DNA from: Escherichia coli
GTDB lineage: Bacteria; Pseudomonadota; Gammaproteobacteria; Enterobacterales; Enterobacteriaceae
Assembly (NCBI RefSeq): GCF_965641715.1
Contig: NZ_OZ282453.1
Reading direction: 5' to 3' (one strand)
DNA: 64,000 nt
The notes under the pieces are model-generated. The model saw only the letters and a program-made list of their open reading frames with translations, did no database searches and had not been told where the DNA came from. Of the stretch, positions 1 through 11,054 are shown one piece after another. How positions within the stretch are numbered: position 1 is the stretch's first letter; each line of letters begins with the position of its first letter. The position numbers and the translations under genes were made by a program.

Positions 1-1297
1 ATTGACGTTTTGACCGGATTATCCAGCACCGGCAGGCGTTCTATGGTAATGGTATAGGTCGATTCACGCGCGCCACTATTTCCGCCGCTGATGCCGACAT
101 TGCCCGTCAGAATAGGCAACATAGCAATAGCGCGTGCGGTCAGCTCACCGTTTGCCTGGCGTTGCGGCCCCCAGCCCTGGCAGATATAAGCGGGTTTTGC
201 TGTGCCAATTTCACGCGCCAGTTTGATGATACGGTCCTCCGGGATACCGGTAATTTGCGAAGCCCACTGCGGCGTTTTCGCTGTTTTATCGTCACCTTCA
301 CCAAGAATATAGGCTTTATAGTGACCATTTTTGGGGGCATCTGCGGGTAAGGTTTTTTCGTCATAGCCGACGCAGTATTTATCGAGAAAAGGTTGATCAA
401 CGAGATTTTCGTTAATCAATACCCAGGCAATACCCGCAACCAGCGCGGCATCGGTGCCCGGGCGAATAGGAAGCCATTCGTCTTCACGACCGGCAGCCGT
501 ATCGGTATATCGCGGATCGATAACAATCATTTTTGCGTTCGATTTTTCGCGCGCTTTTTCAAGAAGATAAGTGATGCCACCGCCGCTCATGCGGGTTTCT
601 GCTGGGTTGTTACCAAACATCACGACCAGCTTGCTGTTTTCAATATCCGTGGTGCTGTTGCCATCATTACTGCCGTAGGTGTAGGGCATGGCACAGGAAA
701 TTTGCGCAGTGCTGTAGGAGCCATACTGGTTGAGTGAACCGCCGTAGCAGTTCATCAGGCGTTTGACCGCCGAGGCTGATGGCGAAGAGCGGGTCATATT
801 GCCGCCAACGATCCCCGAAGAGTACTGAATATATACAGCCTCATTGCCATATTGTTCGACGGTTTTTTTCAGGCTACTGGCGATAGTATCCAGGGCTTCA
901 TCCCAGCTAATCCGTTCGAATTTGCCTTCACCGCGTTTACCCACGCGTTTCATTGGGTAATTCAAGCGATCGGGATGATTAATACGCCGGCGGATGGAGC
1001 GACCGCGCAAACAGGCGCGTACTTGATGATTGCCATACTCATCGCTGCCGGTGTTGTCAGTTTCCACCCAGGTCACTTCATTATCTTTAACATGTAGACG
1101 AAGTGCACAGCGGCTACCACAGTTGACGGAACAGGCACCCCAGACCACTTTTTCGCGGGCCTGTTGTACCGCTGCTGCTGCACTGCGCAGGGTAAACGGC
1201 AAAGAAAAACCGCCTGCAGCCAGCGCCAGAGAACCTATCGCGGTAGATTTAACGAGTGTTCTGCGGCTGATGCCCACCATTCGGTCATTTTTGGACA
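1..1297 (-). CDS. ynfE: DMSO-reductase-family molybdoenzyme catalytic subunit YnfE, N-terminal part (gene continues beyond window start)
   Basis: Reverse-complement translation from ATG at 1297 gives MSKNDRMVGISRRTLVKSTAIGSLALAAGG (twin-arginine signal) in one open frame to position 1; absent from ORF track because truncated; synteny with ynfD. Confidence 0.85.
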
Positions 1298-1496
1298 TAA
1301 CTCACTCCCTGTTCTTTATCGTTATATAAATGTTTATATATTGAATATTTAGCGCGCTAACAATAGAGGGGGTCTACCCATTTTGGGTTAAGAATTATTA
1401 ATCCACATCAATAGAAGGGTATGAGTAATATGGTGGGATTATGTTGTATGTTCAAATCGCCGGATGTGTCATATCCGGCGTTCAGTCGATAATGTG

Positions 1497-1805
1497 TTAC
1501 TGCGGTTCGGCAGGCGCGCCATCCTGGGTAGACTGCGCGGGAGCAGAGACGTTAGCGCTGGTGGTGCGGGTGTAGAGAATTTTATGCGTATCATTAGCAC
1601 AATGCCCGACGACCTGGGAATCAGGCTGATCAACCTGGTCATTGGGTACAATACTTAACGTGAAGCTGCTTTCGGGTACGCCATTATTGATAATGCGCTG
1701 TGATATATCGCTCTGTATGCGCTCACAGGATCCCGGCGCGGCGAGTACCGCGGGTGAGGCGAGGGCGAGCAGAAGCGCGGCACAGCAGGTTGAGAGTTTC
1801 ATCAT
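1497..1805 (-). CDS. ynfD: DUF1161 periplasmic protein YnfD
   Basis: ORF 1497..1844; likely start MMKLSTCCAALLLALASPAVLA (signal peptide) with AAGGAG RBS; matches remembered YnfD. Confidence 0.85.
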   Translation of the reverse strand: MMKLSTCCAALLLALASPAVLAAPGSCERIQSDISQRIINNGVPESSFTLSIVPNDQVDQPDSQVVGHCANDTHKILYTRTTSANVSAPAQSTQDGAPAEPQ

Positions 1806-1909
1806 AAGCTCCTTACGCGAAGATAACTTCTTTAAGCATAGCATTTAACGTGTAAAGTACTGTATTTGCTACTATGATTGAGAATCATCTCTACTCTCTG
1901 GTGACTGTT

Positions 1910-2620
1910 GTGAAATACAAATTACTACCATGCTTACTCGCGATATTCCTCACAGGATGTGACCGCACAGAGGTAACACTTTCATTTACCCCTGAGATGG
2001 CCAGTTTCTCTAATGAATTCGATTTTGATCCGCTGCGTGGTCCGGTAAAAGATTTCACTCAGACATTAATGGATGAGCAAGGTGAAGTGACGAAACGTGT
2101 TTCGGGGACTTTGTCGGAAGAAGGCTGTTTTGATTCACTCGAATTACTGGATCTGGAAAATAATACCGTGGTCGCTCTGGTACTGGACGCCAATTATTAT
2201 CGTGATGCCGAGACGCTGGAGAAGAGAGTACGTTTACAGGGAAAATGCCAGCTAGCAGAATTACCTTCTGCCGGGGTGAGTTGGGAAACCGATGATAATG
2301 GCTTCGTGATTAAAGCCAGCAGCAAACAAATGCAGATGGAATATCGCTATGATGATCAGGGTTATCCACTGGGTAAGACCACGAAAAGTAACGACAAAAC
2401 ATTATCTGTCAGCGCCACGCCATCAACGGACCCGATCAAAAAATTAGATTACACAGCGGTTACTTTACTGAATAATCAACGAGTTGGTAATGTAAAACAG
2501 AGCTGTGAATATGACAGTCACGCCAATCCGGTGGACTGTCAGCTGATCATTGTTGATGAAGGAGTAAAACCCGCCGTCGAACGGGTTTACACCATCAAAA
2601 ATACAATCGATTATTATTAA
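1910..2620 (+). CDS. ynfC: UPF0257 lipoprotein YnfC
   Basis: ORF 1874..2620; GTG at 1910 gives KYKLLPCLLAIFLTGC lipobox; alternative ATG at 1874. Confidence 0.85.
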   Translation: MKYKLLPCLLAIFLTGCDRTEVTLSFTPEMASFSNEFDFDPLRGPVKDFTQTLMDEQGEVTKRVSGTLSEEGCFDSLELLDLENNTVVALVLDANYYRDAETLEKRVRLQGKCQLAELPSAGVSWETDDNGFVIKASSKQMQMEYRYDDQGYPLGKTTKSNDKTLSVSATPSTDPIKKLDYTAVTLLNNQRVGNVKQSCEYDSHANPVDCQLIIVDEGVKPAVERVYTIKNTIDYY

Positions 2621-2622
2621 TG

Positions 2623-3183
2623 CTATTGTGCGGTCGGCTTCAGGAGAGTCTGACCCGGTGTTTTGTGCTCTGCCAGATACTGATGCTGGAATATACACAT
2701 GCGAATGGCATTACGATATTGACCATTAATAAAGAACTCATGCATCAATTCACCTTCAACCGTAAAGCCAAGCTTGCGGTAAATGTGAATCGCTTTTTCA
2801 TTCTCTTTATCGACGATCAGATACAGCTTATAGAGATTGAGAACGGTGAAGCCATAGTCCATTGCTAATTTGGCGGCACGGGTTGCCAGACCTTTCCCCT
2901 GATACTCCGGGGAGATAATTATCTGAAATTCTGCGCGGCGATGTACATGGTTAATTTCCACCAACTCCACCAGACCGGCTTTTTCGCCGTCACATTCCAC
3001 CACAAAGCGTCGTTCGCTCTGATCGTGAATATGCTTATCATACAGATCAGAGAGTTCAACAAAGGCTTCGTAGGGTTCCTCAAACCAGTAACGCATCACA
3101 CTGGCGTTATTGTCGAGTTGATGTACATAGCGTAAATCTTCACGCTCCAGCGGGCGTAGCTTAACACTGTGGGCGCTTGGCAT
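2623..3183 (-). CDS. speG: Spermidine N1-acetyltransferase
   Basis: 186-aa [29 protein letters not shown]..., GNAT family, matches SpeG. Confidence 0.92.
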   Translation of the reverse strand: MPSAHSVKLRPLEREDLRYVHQLDNNASVMRYWFEEPYEAFVELSDLYDKHIHDQSERRFVVECDGEKAGLVELVEINHVHRRAEFQIIISPEYQGKGLATRAAKLAMDYGFTVLNLYKLYLIVDKENEKAIHIYRKLGFTVEGELMHEFFINGQYRNAIRMCIFQHQYLAEHKTPGQTLLKPTAQ

Positions 3184-3217
3184 AACGTGTCCTTACATTC
3201 CTTAAATCAATAACAGG

Positions 3218-3559
3218 TTAGGGGGTAATAACGCGGCCAGTTCGACGGTCCAGGCAGCGCAAAGTATTTGGCTCCCAGTAGGCATTGATGTTGGCGCTTT
3301 GCTCACATTTATCGCGGTTATCAAAAGCGGCGTCGGCTTTATCCCACTCTTTTTCAGTGCGTTTATTCACTTTCTGGCGCAGATTGCGCGTGTCATTCCA
3401 TTGCTCTTTTTCCATAGCGGCGTGCTGGCGGCTTTGTGCACTGTCGCCAGACTCAATCACCAGTTTGTTAGTTTCGGCATGAACAGTTGTGCTCAATGCC
3501 AGTGCGCAAGGCAGCAGAAAAGCGAGCAGGCCGATTCGTTTGCTGAGAGTGATTTTCAT
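3218..3559 (-). CDS. ynfB: UPF0482 secreted protein YnfB
   Basis: 113-aa ORF with signal peptide [28 protein letters not shown]; synteny. Confidence 0.85.
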
Positions 3560-3693
3560 AATTCATTCCCTGTGTGAATGATTAAAGGTGATTCTACACC
3601 ATCCACTGCGGACGCAAAACGTACCAGGAGGGTGTTTATATTGATGATATTATGTCGCCCTATAACTATACATGATGTCAATAAGTGACAAAG

Positions 3694-4020
3694 ATGATTA
3701 AAACAACGTTACTATTTTTTGCTACTGCGCTGTGTGAAATTATTGGATGCTTTCTGCCCTGGTTGTGGTTAAAACGAAACGCCAGTGTCTGGCTGTTGCT
3801 TCCGGCGGGGATTTCACTGGCGCTGTTTGTCTGGTTGTTAACGTTGCATCCTGCGGCGAGTGGGCGTGTTTACGCGGCTTATGGTGGCGTTTATGTCTGC
3901 ACGGCGTTGATGTGGCTGCGCGTTGTGGATGGCGTGAAACTGACTCTTTATGACTGGACGGGTGCGTTGATTGCGCTTTGCGGCATGTTGATCATTGTTG
4001 CGGGCTGGGGGCGCACGTAG
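3694..4020 (+). CDS. ynfA: UPF0060 small membrane protein YnfA
   Basis: ORF 3685..4020; [26 protein letters not shown]..., hydrophobic, synteny. Confidence 0.85.
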   Translation: MIKTTLLFFATALCEIIGCFLPWLWLKRNASVWLLLPAGISLALFVWLLTLHPAASGRVYAAYGGVYVCTALMWLRVVDGVKLTLYDWTGALIALCGMLIIVAGWGRT

Positions 4021-4225
4021 GAACATAAATCCATTTTATCAATAAGATACGAGGAAGTGTCAGCTGACAAAAGGTATTCTATTTCATCTTTTGTCAACCA
4101 TTCACAGTGCAAATATACGCCTTTTTTTGTGATCACTCCGGCTTTTTTCGATCTTCATGCTTGTATGGTAGTAGCTCAGTTGCGTAGATTTCATGCATCA
4201 CGACAAGCGATGCAAGGAATCGAAC

Positions 4226-5440
4226 ATGAAGATCGTAAAGGCTGAAGTTTTTGTTACCTGTCCGGGGCGTAATTTCGTCACATTAAAAATCACCACTGAG
4301 GACGGTATTACGGGCCTTGGGGATGCCACCCTCAATGGACGTGAGCTTTCCGTGGCCTCTTATTTGCAGGATCACCTTTGTCCGCAGCTTATTGGTCGCG
4401 ATGCGCACCGTATCGAAGATATCTGGCAGTTTTTCTATAAAGGTGCTTACTGGCGTCGCGGTCCGGTTACGATGTCGGCCATTTCAGCGGTTGATATGGC
4501 GCTGTGGGATATTAAAGCCAAAGCTGCCAACATGCCGCTTTACCAGTTACTCGGCGGCGCATCTCGTGAAGGGGTGATGGTTTATTGCCATACCACCGGT
4601 CACAGTATTGATGAAGCTCTGGATGATTATGCCCGTCATCAGGAGCTGGGATTCAAAGCCATCCGCGTGCAGTGCGGAATCCCTGGTATGAAAACCACCT
4701 ACGGCATGTCGAAAGGTAAAGGTCTGGCTTATGAACCCGCAACCAAAGGACAGTGGCCGGAAGAGCAGCTGTGGTCGACGGAGAAATACCTCGATTTCAT
4801 GCCGAAATTGTTTGACGCGGTACGTAACAAGTTTGGTTTTAATGAACATTTGCTGCATGACATGCACCATCGCTTAACGCCTATTGAAGCGGCGCGCTTT
4901 GGTAAAAGCATTGAAGATTATCGCATGTTCTGGATGGAAGACCCGACGCCTGCGGAAAACCAGGAATGCTTCCGTCTCATTCGCCAACATACCGTCACAC
5001 CCATCGCAGTGGGTGAAGTCTTCAACAGCATCTGGGACTGCAAACAACTGATTGAAGAGCAACTCATCGATTATATCCGCACCACGCTGACCCATGCAGG
5101 CGGAATTACCGGTATGCGCCGGATTGCCGATTTTGCTTCGCTGTATCAGGTACGTACTGGCTCACACGGTCCTTCCGATTTGTCACCAGTCTGCATGGCT
5201 GCAGCGCTGCACTTTGATCTGTGGGTCCCCAATTTCGGTGTCCAGGAATACATGGGTTATTCCGAACAAATGCTCGAAGTCTTCCCGCACAACTGGACTT
5301 TCGATAACGGCTATATGCATCCGGGAGACAAACCGGGTCTTGGTATCGAATTCGATGAAAAGCTGGCGGCGAAATATCCCTATGAACCTGCTTATCTACC
5401 AGTCGCACGTCTGGAAGATGGCACGCTGTGGAACTGGTAA
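4226..5440 (+). CDS. rspA: Starvation-sensing protein RspA (mannonate dehydratase, enolase superfamily)
   Basis: ORF 4193..5440; internal ATG 4226 gives [27 protein letters not shown]; enolase-superfamily sequence. Confidence 0.92.
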
Positions 5441-5451
5441 GGAGTAAGATA

Positions 5452-6471
5452 ATGAAAAGCATATTAATTGAAAAACCGAATCAACTGGCGATTGTCGAAC
5501 GTGAAATACCCACCCCGTCAGCGGGTGAAGTACGAGTAAAAGTGAAACTTGCCGGAATTTGTGGTTCAGATAGCCATATTTATCGTGGGCATAATCCTTT
5601 TGCGAAATATCCGCGCGTCATTGGACATGAATTCTTTGGCGTCATTGATGCGGTGGGTGAAGGTGTGGAAAGCGCCAGAGTCGGTGAACGTGTTGCTGTC
5701 GATCCGGTGGACAGCTGTGGTCATTGCTATCCGTGCTCTATAGGTAAGCCGAACGTTTGTACGACACTCGCTGTATTAGGTGTGCACGCTGACGGTGGTT
5801 TCAGTGAATATGCTGTGGTTCCGGCAAAAAATGCGTGGAAAATTCCTGAAGCAGTGGCCGATCAATATGCGGTGATGATCGAACCTTTTACCATTGCGGC
5901 TAACGTAACCGGTCATGGTCAACCGACTGAAAATGATACCGTTCTGGTTTATGGTGCCGGTCCAATCGGCCTGACGATCGTTCAGGTATTAAAAGGCGTC
6001 TATAACGTTAAAAATGTGATTGTTGCCGATCGCATTGATGAACGACTGGAAAAAGCGAAAGAGAGCGGGGCTGACTGGGTGATTAATAACAGCCAGACAC
6101 CGCTTGGCGAGATTTTCGCTGAAAAAGGCATCAAGCCGACATTAATTATTGATGCGGCTTGTCATCCTTCTATCCTGAAAGAGGCCGTAACGCTGGCTTC
6201 TCCAGCGGCACGTATTGTATTGATGGGCTTCTCCAGTGAACCTTCTGAAGTGATTCAGCAAGGAATTACCGGAAAAGAACTCTCTATTTTCTCTTCACGC
6301 TTAAATGCAAATAAATTTCCGGTCGTTATCGACTGGTTAAGTAAAGGGTTAATTAAACCAGAAAAATTAATTACCCATACGTTTGATTTCCAGCATGTTG
6401 CTGATGCCATTAGTTTATTTGAACAGGATCAAAAACATTGCTGCAAAGTCTTACTCACTTTTTCTGAATAA
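5452..6471 (+). CDS. rspB: Zinc-dependent alcohol dehydrogenase RspB
   Basis: ORF 5428..6471; ATG 5452 gives MKSILIEKPNQLAIVEREIPTPSAGEV; GICGSD / GHEF motifs of MDR family. Confidence 0.92.
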   Translation: MKSILIEKPNQLAIVEREIPTPSAGEVRVKVKLAGICGSDSHIYRGHNPFAKYPRVIGHEFFGVIDAVGEGVESARVGERVAVDPVDSCGHCYPCSIGKPNVCTTLAVLGVHADGGFSEYAVVPAKNAWKIPEAVADQYAVMIEPFTIAANVTGHGQPTENDTVLVYGAGPIGLTIVQVLKGVYNVKNVIVADRIDERLEKAKESGADWVINNSQTPLGEIFAEKGIKPTLIIDAACHPSILKEAVTLASPAARIVLMGFSSEPSEVIQQGITGKELSIFSSRLNANKFPVVIDWLSKGLIKPEKLITHTFDFQHVADAISLFEQDQKHCCKVLLTFSE

Positions 6472-6528
6472 TACCAATAACGGCGAGTAAGTAGTACGCA
6501 TCTTACCTCTTTTTTAGAGATAACCATT

Positions 6529-6657
6529 ATGACAATAGAAAAACACGAAAGAAGCACTAAGGATTTGGTGAAAGCAGCAGTATCGGGATGGCTGGGCACT
6601 GCGCTTGAATTTATGGATTTCAAGAGTCATACGTGTCAACTATTTGATAAATATTAA
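6529..6657 (+). pseudogene. ydfJ: 5' fragment of MFS transporter gene ydfJ, interrupted by prophage insertion
   Basis: MTIEKHERSTKDLVKAAVSGWLGTALEFMDF then diverges into phage DNA and stops at 6655..6657; reading frame resumes at 52207 (MDFQLYSLGAALVF...). Confidence 0.8.
6607..6621. repeat. attL core (gaatttatggatttc), direct repeat with attR
   Basis: 15-nt sequence at the ydfJ/phage junction repeated (one T fewer) at 52202..52215. Confidence 0.6.
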
Positions 6658-6658
6658 A

Positions 6659-7939
6659 TTAATTTTTCATTGCTTCGTTATGGGGCATGGTTGGGGCAAA
6701 CTCGCTTAACTGTGTATTTAACAAAGCTACCTGTGCATTATTGTTTTCAGACATCCATTTTCCGTATACCTGAAATACCATTTGCGCATCTGCATGGCCC
6801 ATCTGGTTTGCTATAAATGCCGGGTTAGCACCAGCTGTCAGCGACCAGCAGGCATAAGTATGTCTCGACTGATATGATTTTCGATGGCGGAGTCCGGCAC
6901 GTTTTATCGCTGCGTCCCACATCTGCCTTATTGAGTCAACGGTAAAATGGTCACCATAATTTTTTACTCTCGCTGACACTTCAGGTTGAAAAACAAAGGT
7001 GCATTTTTGTTTTTCTGTTCTGCCATACTCTCTCAGGTGAACATCAATGATATGCTCTTTGCTCAGTCTCGTTAATGTCATCTGACTCCGGAGAGCGTCG
7101 ATTGCTGGCTTAATAAGATGAATGACCCGATTGGTTCCCGCCTGTGTTTTTGGTACCGTGAAACGGTCTTTTGCTAAATTTCTCCTGATCATCATTGTTC
7201 CATTTTTCAGATCTATGTCCTCCCATCCAAGTGCACACAGCTCACCAGGGCGAATGCCAGTATAAACAGAAACACACCATAAATTTTTTGCTTGCTGATT
7301 TCTGCACGCATCGATAAGACGGATAAATTCCTCCCGCGAAAGAGGATCCGGAATGGTTCTTGATTCCTTTAATGGCGAGATCCCCTTAAACGGATTATCT
7401 GCCAGGTAACCGTTATCAACACCAAACTGGAACACGGCGTTAAGATTTGTCATGTAATTATTTACAGTTACAGCCGATCTCCCTGGTTGTGTAACAATAT
7501 AGTTACTTTTGGGGATCTGGTATCCAGTCAGTAGCTCTTTACGAACCTCCAGTAATTTTTCTTTATTAATCGATGAGGCAAGATTTTTTTCACCGATTAT
7601 GCTCAGGATATTTTTGATGACGGCACGGTATGTGTTGAGTGATGTTTTGGCGACTTCAGTTTCTTTCAGTGCCAGAAATTTTTCAGCCAGTTCTTTTATG
7701 GTTAAATCTTGTCGGGCCTCACCAAATTTTTCCAGATTGCGTGAGGAGGGAAACTGTTTTGCATAGTCGAAAACACCAGTTTTTATTGCGTAACAAACAG
7801 AGGCGCGTAGTTCACCTGCAACGCGCCTGTTTTTTGCTGTGTCAGGAACCCCCAGATTTTCCCTGACTCTTACGCCTTTATAAACAAACCAGATACGTAA
7901 TTTCCCTCCATGGTTTTCCACGCCTGTCGGATATTTCAT
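6659..7939 (-). CDS. int: Phage integrase (tyrosine recombinase)
   Basis: ORF 6659..7954; C-terminal RHTYACWSLTAGANPAFIANQMGHADAQMVFQVYGKWM catalytic region; start placed at second ATG (MKYPTG) which has a purine-rich RBS. Confidence 0.9.
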   Translation of the reverse strand: MKYPTGVENHGGKLRIWFVYKGVRVRENLGVPDTAKNRRVAGELRASVCYAIKTGVFDYAKQFPSSRNLEKFGEARQDLTIKELAEKFLALKETEVAKTSLNTYRAVIKNILSIIGEKNLASSINKEKLLEVRKELLTGYQIPKSNYIVTQPGRSAVTVNNYMTNLNAVFQFGVDNGYLADNPFKGISPLKESRTIPDPLSREEFIRLIDACRNQQAKNLWCVSVYTGIRPGELCALGWEDIDLKNGTMMIRRNLAKDRFTVPKTQAGTNRVIHLIKPAIDALRSQMTLTRLSKEHIIDVHLREYGRTEKQKCTFVFQPEVSARVKNYGDHFTVDSIRQMWDAAIKRAGLRHRKSYQSRHTYACWSLTAGANPAFIANQMGHADAQMVFQVYGKWMSENNNAQVALLNTQLSEFAPTMPHNEAMKN

Positions 7940-7973
7940 TTCAACTTCTCTCATTAGTTAGTGTGGCTTTTAG

Positions 7974-8225
7974 TCAAGTAAGATGACGTCTTGGTCTCGC
8001 TGATGCCTGGCGCTCAATCCAGCGATCAATTTCTTCCAGGTTGTAAAAGCATGGACTGTTATCCCATGGCATACCGTCATGAGCGACATGCTTATATTCC
8101 CTTCCTTCCATAAACGATTTTTCCCGGGCCTTTTTTAACGTACCTTTTTTTATTCCTTTCAGCGCAATTAACTGCTCTTCGGATACCCATTTGCCGGGAG
8201 AGACAATCATGATTACTTCGCTCAT
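7974..8225 (-). CDS. xis: Excisionase-like protein
   Basis: 83-aa ORF immediately upstream of int on same strand; position and size typical of lambdoid Xis. Confidence 0.65.
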   Translation of the reverse strand: MSEVIMIVSPGKWVSEEQLIALKGIKKGTLKKAREKSFMEGREYKHVAHDGMPWDNSPCFYNLEEIDRWIERQASARPRRHLT

Positions 8226-8297
8226 CGATTTCTTTATCTCTTACATCAGACGAGCGCCGGTTGCAGAATACCAGTCACAACCGGCGACAGTTGAACA

Positions 8298-10769
8298 TTA
8301 AGAATCAGCCTGACTCGGGATCAGTTTTTGCCAGATAACTGAAACGTATTTTGCCTGGTAACGGGCGTCATCAAGTGCATTATGGCGCTCACCTTCGAAT
8401 GGAATAGCCGTTCTGGCATCGAAATCTATGGCTTTCCCCAGCTCAACGATTGTGCGTACATCGCGATCGTTGTAGTAACGCCACGGGCAGGGGATCCCCT
8501 GCCGTTCGTATGAACGGCGCAAAATCGTGTTGTCGAAGTTGGCTCCATTTCCCCAAACCTGAACAAATAATTCACCGGAGTTTTCGTCGATAAATTCCCG
8601 CAATTGTAACAGTGCATCATCTAACGGGATTTCATCGGTCATAATGGCAGATTGTGCTTCGCGTGATTGCTTAAGCCACCATTTAATGGTGTCCCGATCA
8701 ATGACTCCGCCAGCAGTTTCCAGATCGATAGTCTTACTAAATTCCGGTCCTATATCTCCGGTTTGCGGATCGAAAAATATTGCACCTATTGAGATGATCG
8801 GTGCATCAGGATTTTTTCCCATGGTTTCAAGGTCGATCATTAGATGGTCACACGTCCTGCTGGTGGATGTGATTTCGTGATGACCGTTCACCTTAATTGA
8901 GTGATCTGCCGTCTCGCCAGTTTCATTATCGCTATTGTGATGCTGATTGCCGCCAGTGTTCTCCTTGTGTGGATGTTCAGCGCCTTCCATTTCCTCCGGA
9001 TCATCTTCCTGAACTTCAACCTGATACTCTTCATCGAATGTTTCTTGGTATGTTGCGTCGCCCATCACCGCGCCACAATCAGGGCAGTTGCCGCCGCCAG
9101 TCTGACCGCAGGCGGTGCAGACTTTTTCCACTTCCTGTTGCGCCACTGGTTCAGGCTGTTTCGTTTCTGGCTCGTTTTGTAACGCATTTGGGCTGTTTTG
9201 TTCCGCTTTTTGGTAGTTCCGTTCCGATTCATGCTGGTTCTGGTTCACAGAATCGCGGGTCTGGATCCCCTTAACCCATTTCGGATCATTCGGGTCACTA
9301 ATCCCTTCAACAAATTCACCATGTGATGCAGCAAGCAACTTATCGGCGTCAGGCTGGCTGATATTGGCTGCCTGCATAATTTTGTTTACTTCGTCAGCGG
9401 TAACTTTTATCGGCTCTGGTTGTTCTGAATCTTCAGCGGTATCTACATTTTGCGGTAAGCCCGTGTATGTGCCATTTTTTCGGGCAAAATATTCTTCTTT
9501 TGTGATTTCAGTGGCGCCAGCAGCCAGTGCCTTATCCAGACCAGAAAGTTTGTTTGCGCGACCGTATTTTTCTCCGTCCTTATCTGCGAAGAGGAAATAG
9601 AACGGCCCCTCACGCTCTACAGATGGTTCAGCTTCCGGCGCGGTTTCATTTTTTGGGATATCAGATACCTCAGTTTCCACTGCATCAGTTTGTGTTTCTG
9701 ATGACTGGAGAACATCAACAGTGCCCAGGTCTGTTTCTTCATTCTCAAACACGCCCTTTGTCGTCAGGTATTCGCAGATATATTTGTTCAGTGCTACGGG
9801 ATCTTTGTGAATGTCGATCGGACGCTCACGGACAAGGCCAAAAATAGTTTGGCGGTCGTAGCGAAGGGCATCAGGCTGTTTGCGCATTGATGCCGAGATA
9901 CGCTTCCAGTCTTCGCGGTCGTTGTCGATAACTTCTTTTTTTGCCCAGCGATGGATGCTGCCGTCAATGTTTCCGGCATCCACATCACCAGGCCAGAGAG
10001 CGTAGGCCAGTTCGTCATCCAGTGTTTTCCATGTCTGCTTGTATTCGCGATGAATGGCAGCAATGACCGGGCTGATTTTTCCTGTTGAATTTTCAGTGTA
10101 CTGTTGATTGGCTCTGGCGCGGGCGAGATCAACAACAGACGTGTATTTTCCGGTTTCCTTGCGTTCACCTTCGCGACGTTTTTTCCAGATGCGCATCTCT
10201 GCCTGAATTTCGGGCCATTTAGCACCAGGAATACATTTATGCTTAACCCACCCAATGGCGTGCAACTTAAGCTCCGGATACATGGCGTTAACTTCTGGCA
10301 TTTTCATCAACGCTTCAACGATATGTCCGTCGAATGTTGCCATGTCTTCCTGCAACAATTCCTGTGCGCTAATAACCATATCAACGGTGATGTTTTCACA
10401 TGTGTCGAACTTAACCATGACAGCGTTCTGTACTTCAGGGGCCAGCTTGTCAAAAGTGACGTTCATCGGATCGGATTCAGTCTCAACCGGGACAAAAGAA
10501 GCTGACTCCTCATCCCAGCGGTTTTCCTGCATATATTCAGCATCCCATGAATCGAGGGCAGGGCGGGGTATGCCAGGTTTATCCTCGCAGACAATAAATT
10601 TATAAGCGCAGTCCTGAGCAGCCGGATAATGTTCCAGGAACTGCCAGTGAAATTTTGCTCGAGCACGGCGTTCGTCGCCAGCTTCAATGGCTGTGGCTAC
10701 AGCCACAGCGCCTTCTTCCCTTGTTGCCAGTTCGTCAGGAATAGCGGCGCAAATAAAGACTTTACTCAT
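8298..10769 (-). CDS. RecE-like (exodeoxyribonuclease VIII-type) protein with C-terminal DnaQ-like DEDDh 3'-5' exonuclease domain
   Basis: 823 aa; central DKLLAASHGEFVEGISDPNDPKWVKGIQTRD resembles remembered RecE linker; C-terminus LMIDLETMG...HNALDDARYQAKY is a DEDDh exonuclease signature; acidic low-complexity region with CxxC...CxxC. Confidence 0.7.
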   Translation of the reverse strand: MSKVFICAAIPDELATREEGAVAVATAIEAGDERRARAKFHWQFLEHYPAAQDCAYKFIVCEDKPGIPRPALDSWDAEYMQENRWDEESASFVPVETESDPMNVTFDKLAPEVQNAVMVKFDTCENITVDMVISAQELLQEDMATFDGHIVEALMKMPEVNAMYPELKLHAIGWVKHKCIPGAKWPEIQAEMRIWKKRREGERKETGKYTSVVDLARARANQQYTENSTGKISPVIAAIHREYKQTWKTLDDELAYALWPGDVDAGNIDGSIHRWAKKEVIDNDREDWKRISASMRKQPDALRYDRQTIFGLVRERPIDIHKDPVALNKYICEYLTTKGVFENEETDLGTVDVLQSSETQTDAVETEVSDIPKNETAPEAEPSVEREGPFYFLFADKDGEKYGRANKLSGLDKALAAGATEITKEEYFARKNGTYTGLPQNVDTAEDSEQPEPIKVTADEVNKIMQAANISQPDADKLLAASHGEFVEGISDPNDPKWVKGIQTRDSVNQNQHESERNYQKAEQNSPNALQNEPETKQPEPVAQQEVEKVCTACGQTGGGNCPDCGAVMGDATYQETFDEEYQVEVQEDDPEEMEGAEHPHKENTGGNQHHNSDNETGETADHSIKVNGHHEITSTSRTCDHLMIDLETMGKNPDAPIISIGAIFFDPQTGDIGPEFSKTIDLETAGGVIDRDTIKWWLKQSREAQSAIMTDEIPLDDALLQLREFIDENSGELFVQVWGNGANFDNTILRRSYERQGIPCPWRYYNDRDVRTIVELGKAIDFDARTAIPFEGERHNALDDARYQAKYVSVIWQKLIPSQADS

Positions 10770-10862
10770 TTTGTTTTAACCTCATGACAGATTTAAGGAT
10801 GAACAAATCCCTGCCATTGCTGGCATATAAGAATGAAACCGGATATTTATTACGGAACTGTT

Positions 10863-11054
10863 TTAAAGACCTGCCGGGATTTCGATATTATCCTGGTGAA
10901 TAACTTTATCGACCGGGTAACAGTTACCGGGAATTTTCTGTTCGGTTGCTGCAGTCATACACTCCTGCATTGTCCTGTGAACACTGTCTGCAATATCAAC
11001 TGGCTCTCCGGAAACAAGAAAAGCTGTCAGAACAAGCGCAAATGCTGAATTCAT
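10863..11054 (-). CDS. ydfD: YdfD-like small lysis-associated protein
   Basis: MNSAFALVLTAFLVSGEPVDIADSVHRTMQECMTAATEQKIPGNCYPVDKVIHQDNIEIPAGL; matches remembered Qin YdfD; start overlaps dicB stop. Confidence 0.7.
   Translation of the reverse strand: MNSAFALVLTAFLVSGEPVDIADSVHRTMQECMTAATEQKIPGNCYPVDKVIHQDNIEIPAGL

Noticed and set aside
162-1329. Plus-strand ORFs (162..350, 393..737, 852..1097, 1030..1329) and minus ORF 140..400
   Set aside because: They overlap the minus-strand ynfE reading frame, which translates into a coherent Tat-signal molybdoenzyme; none has a convincing start context.
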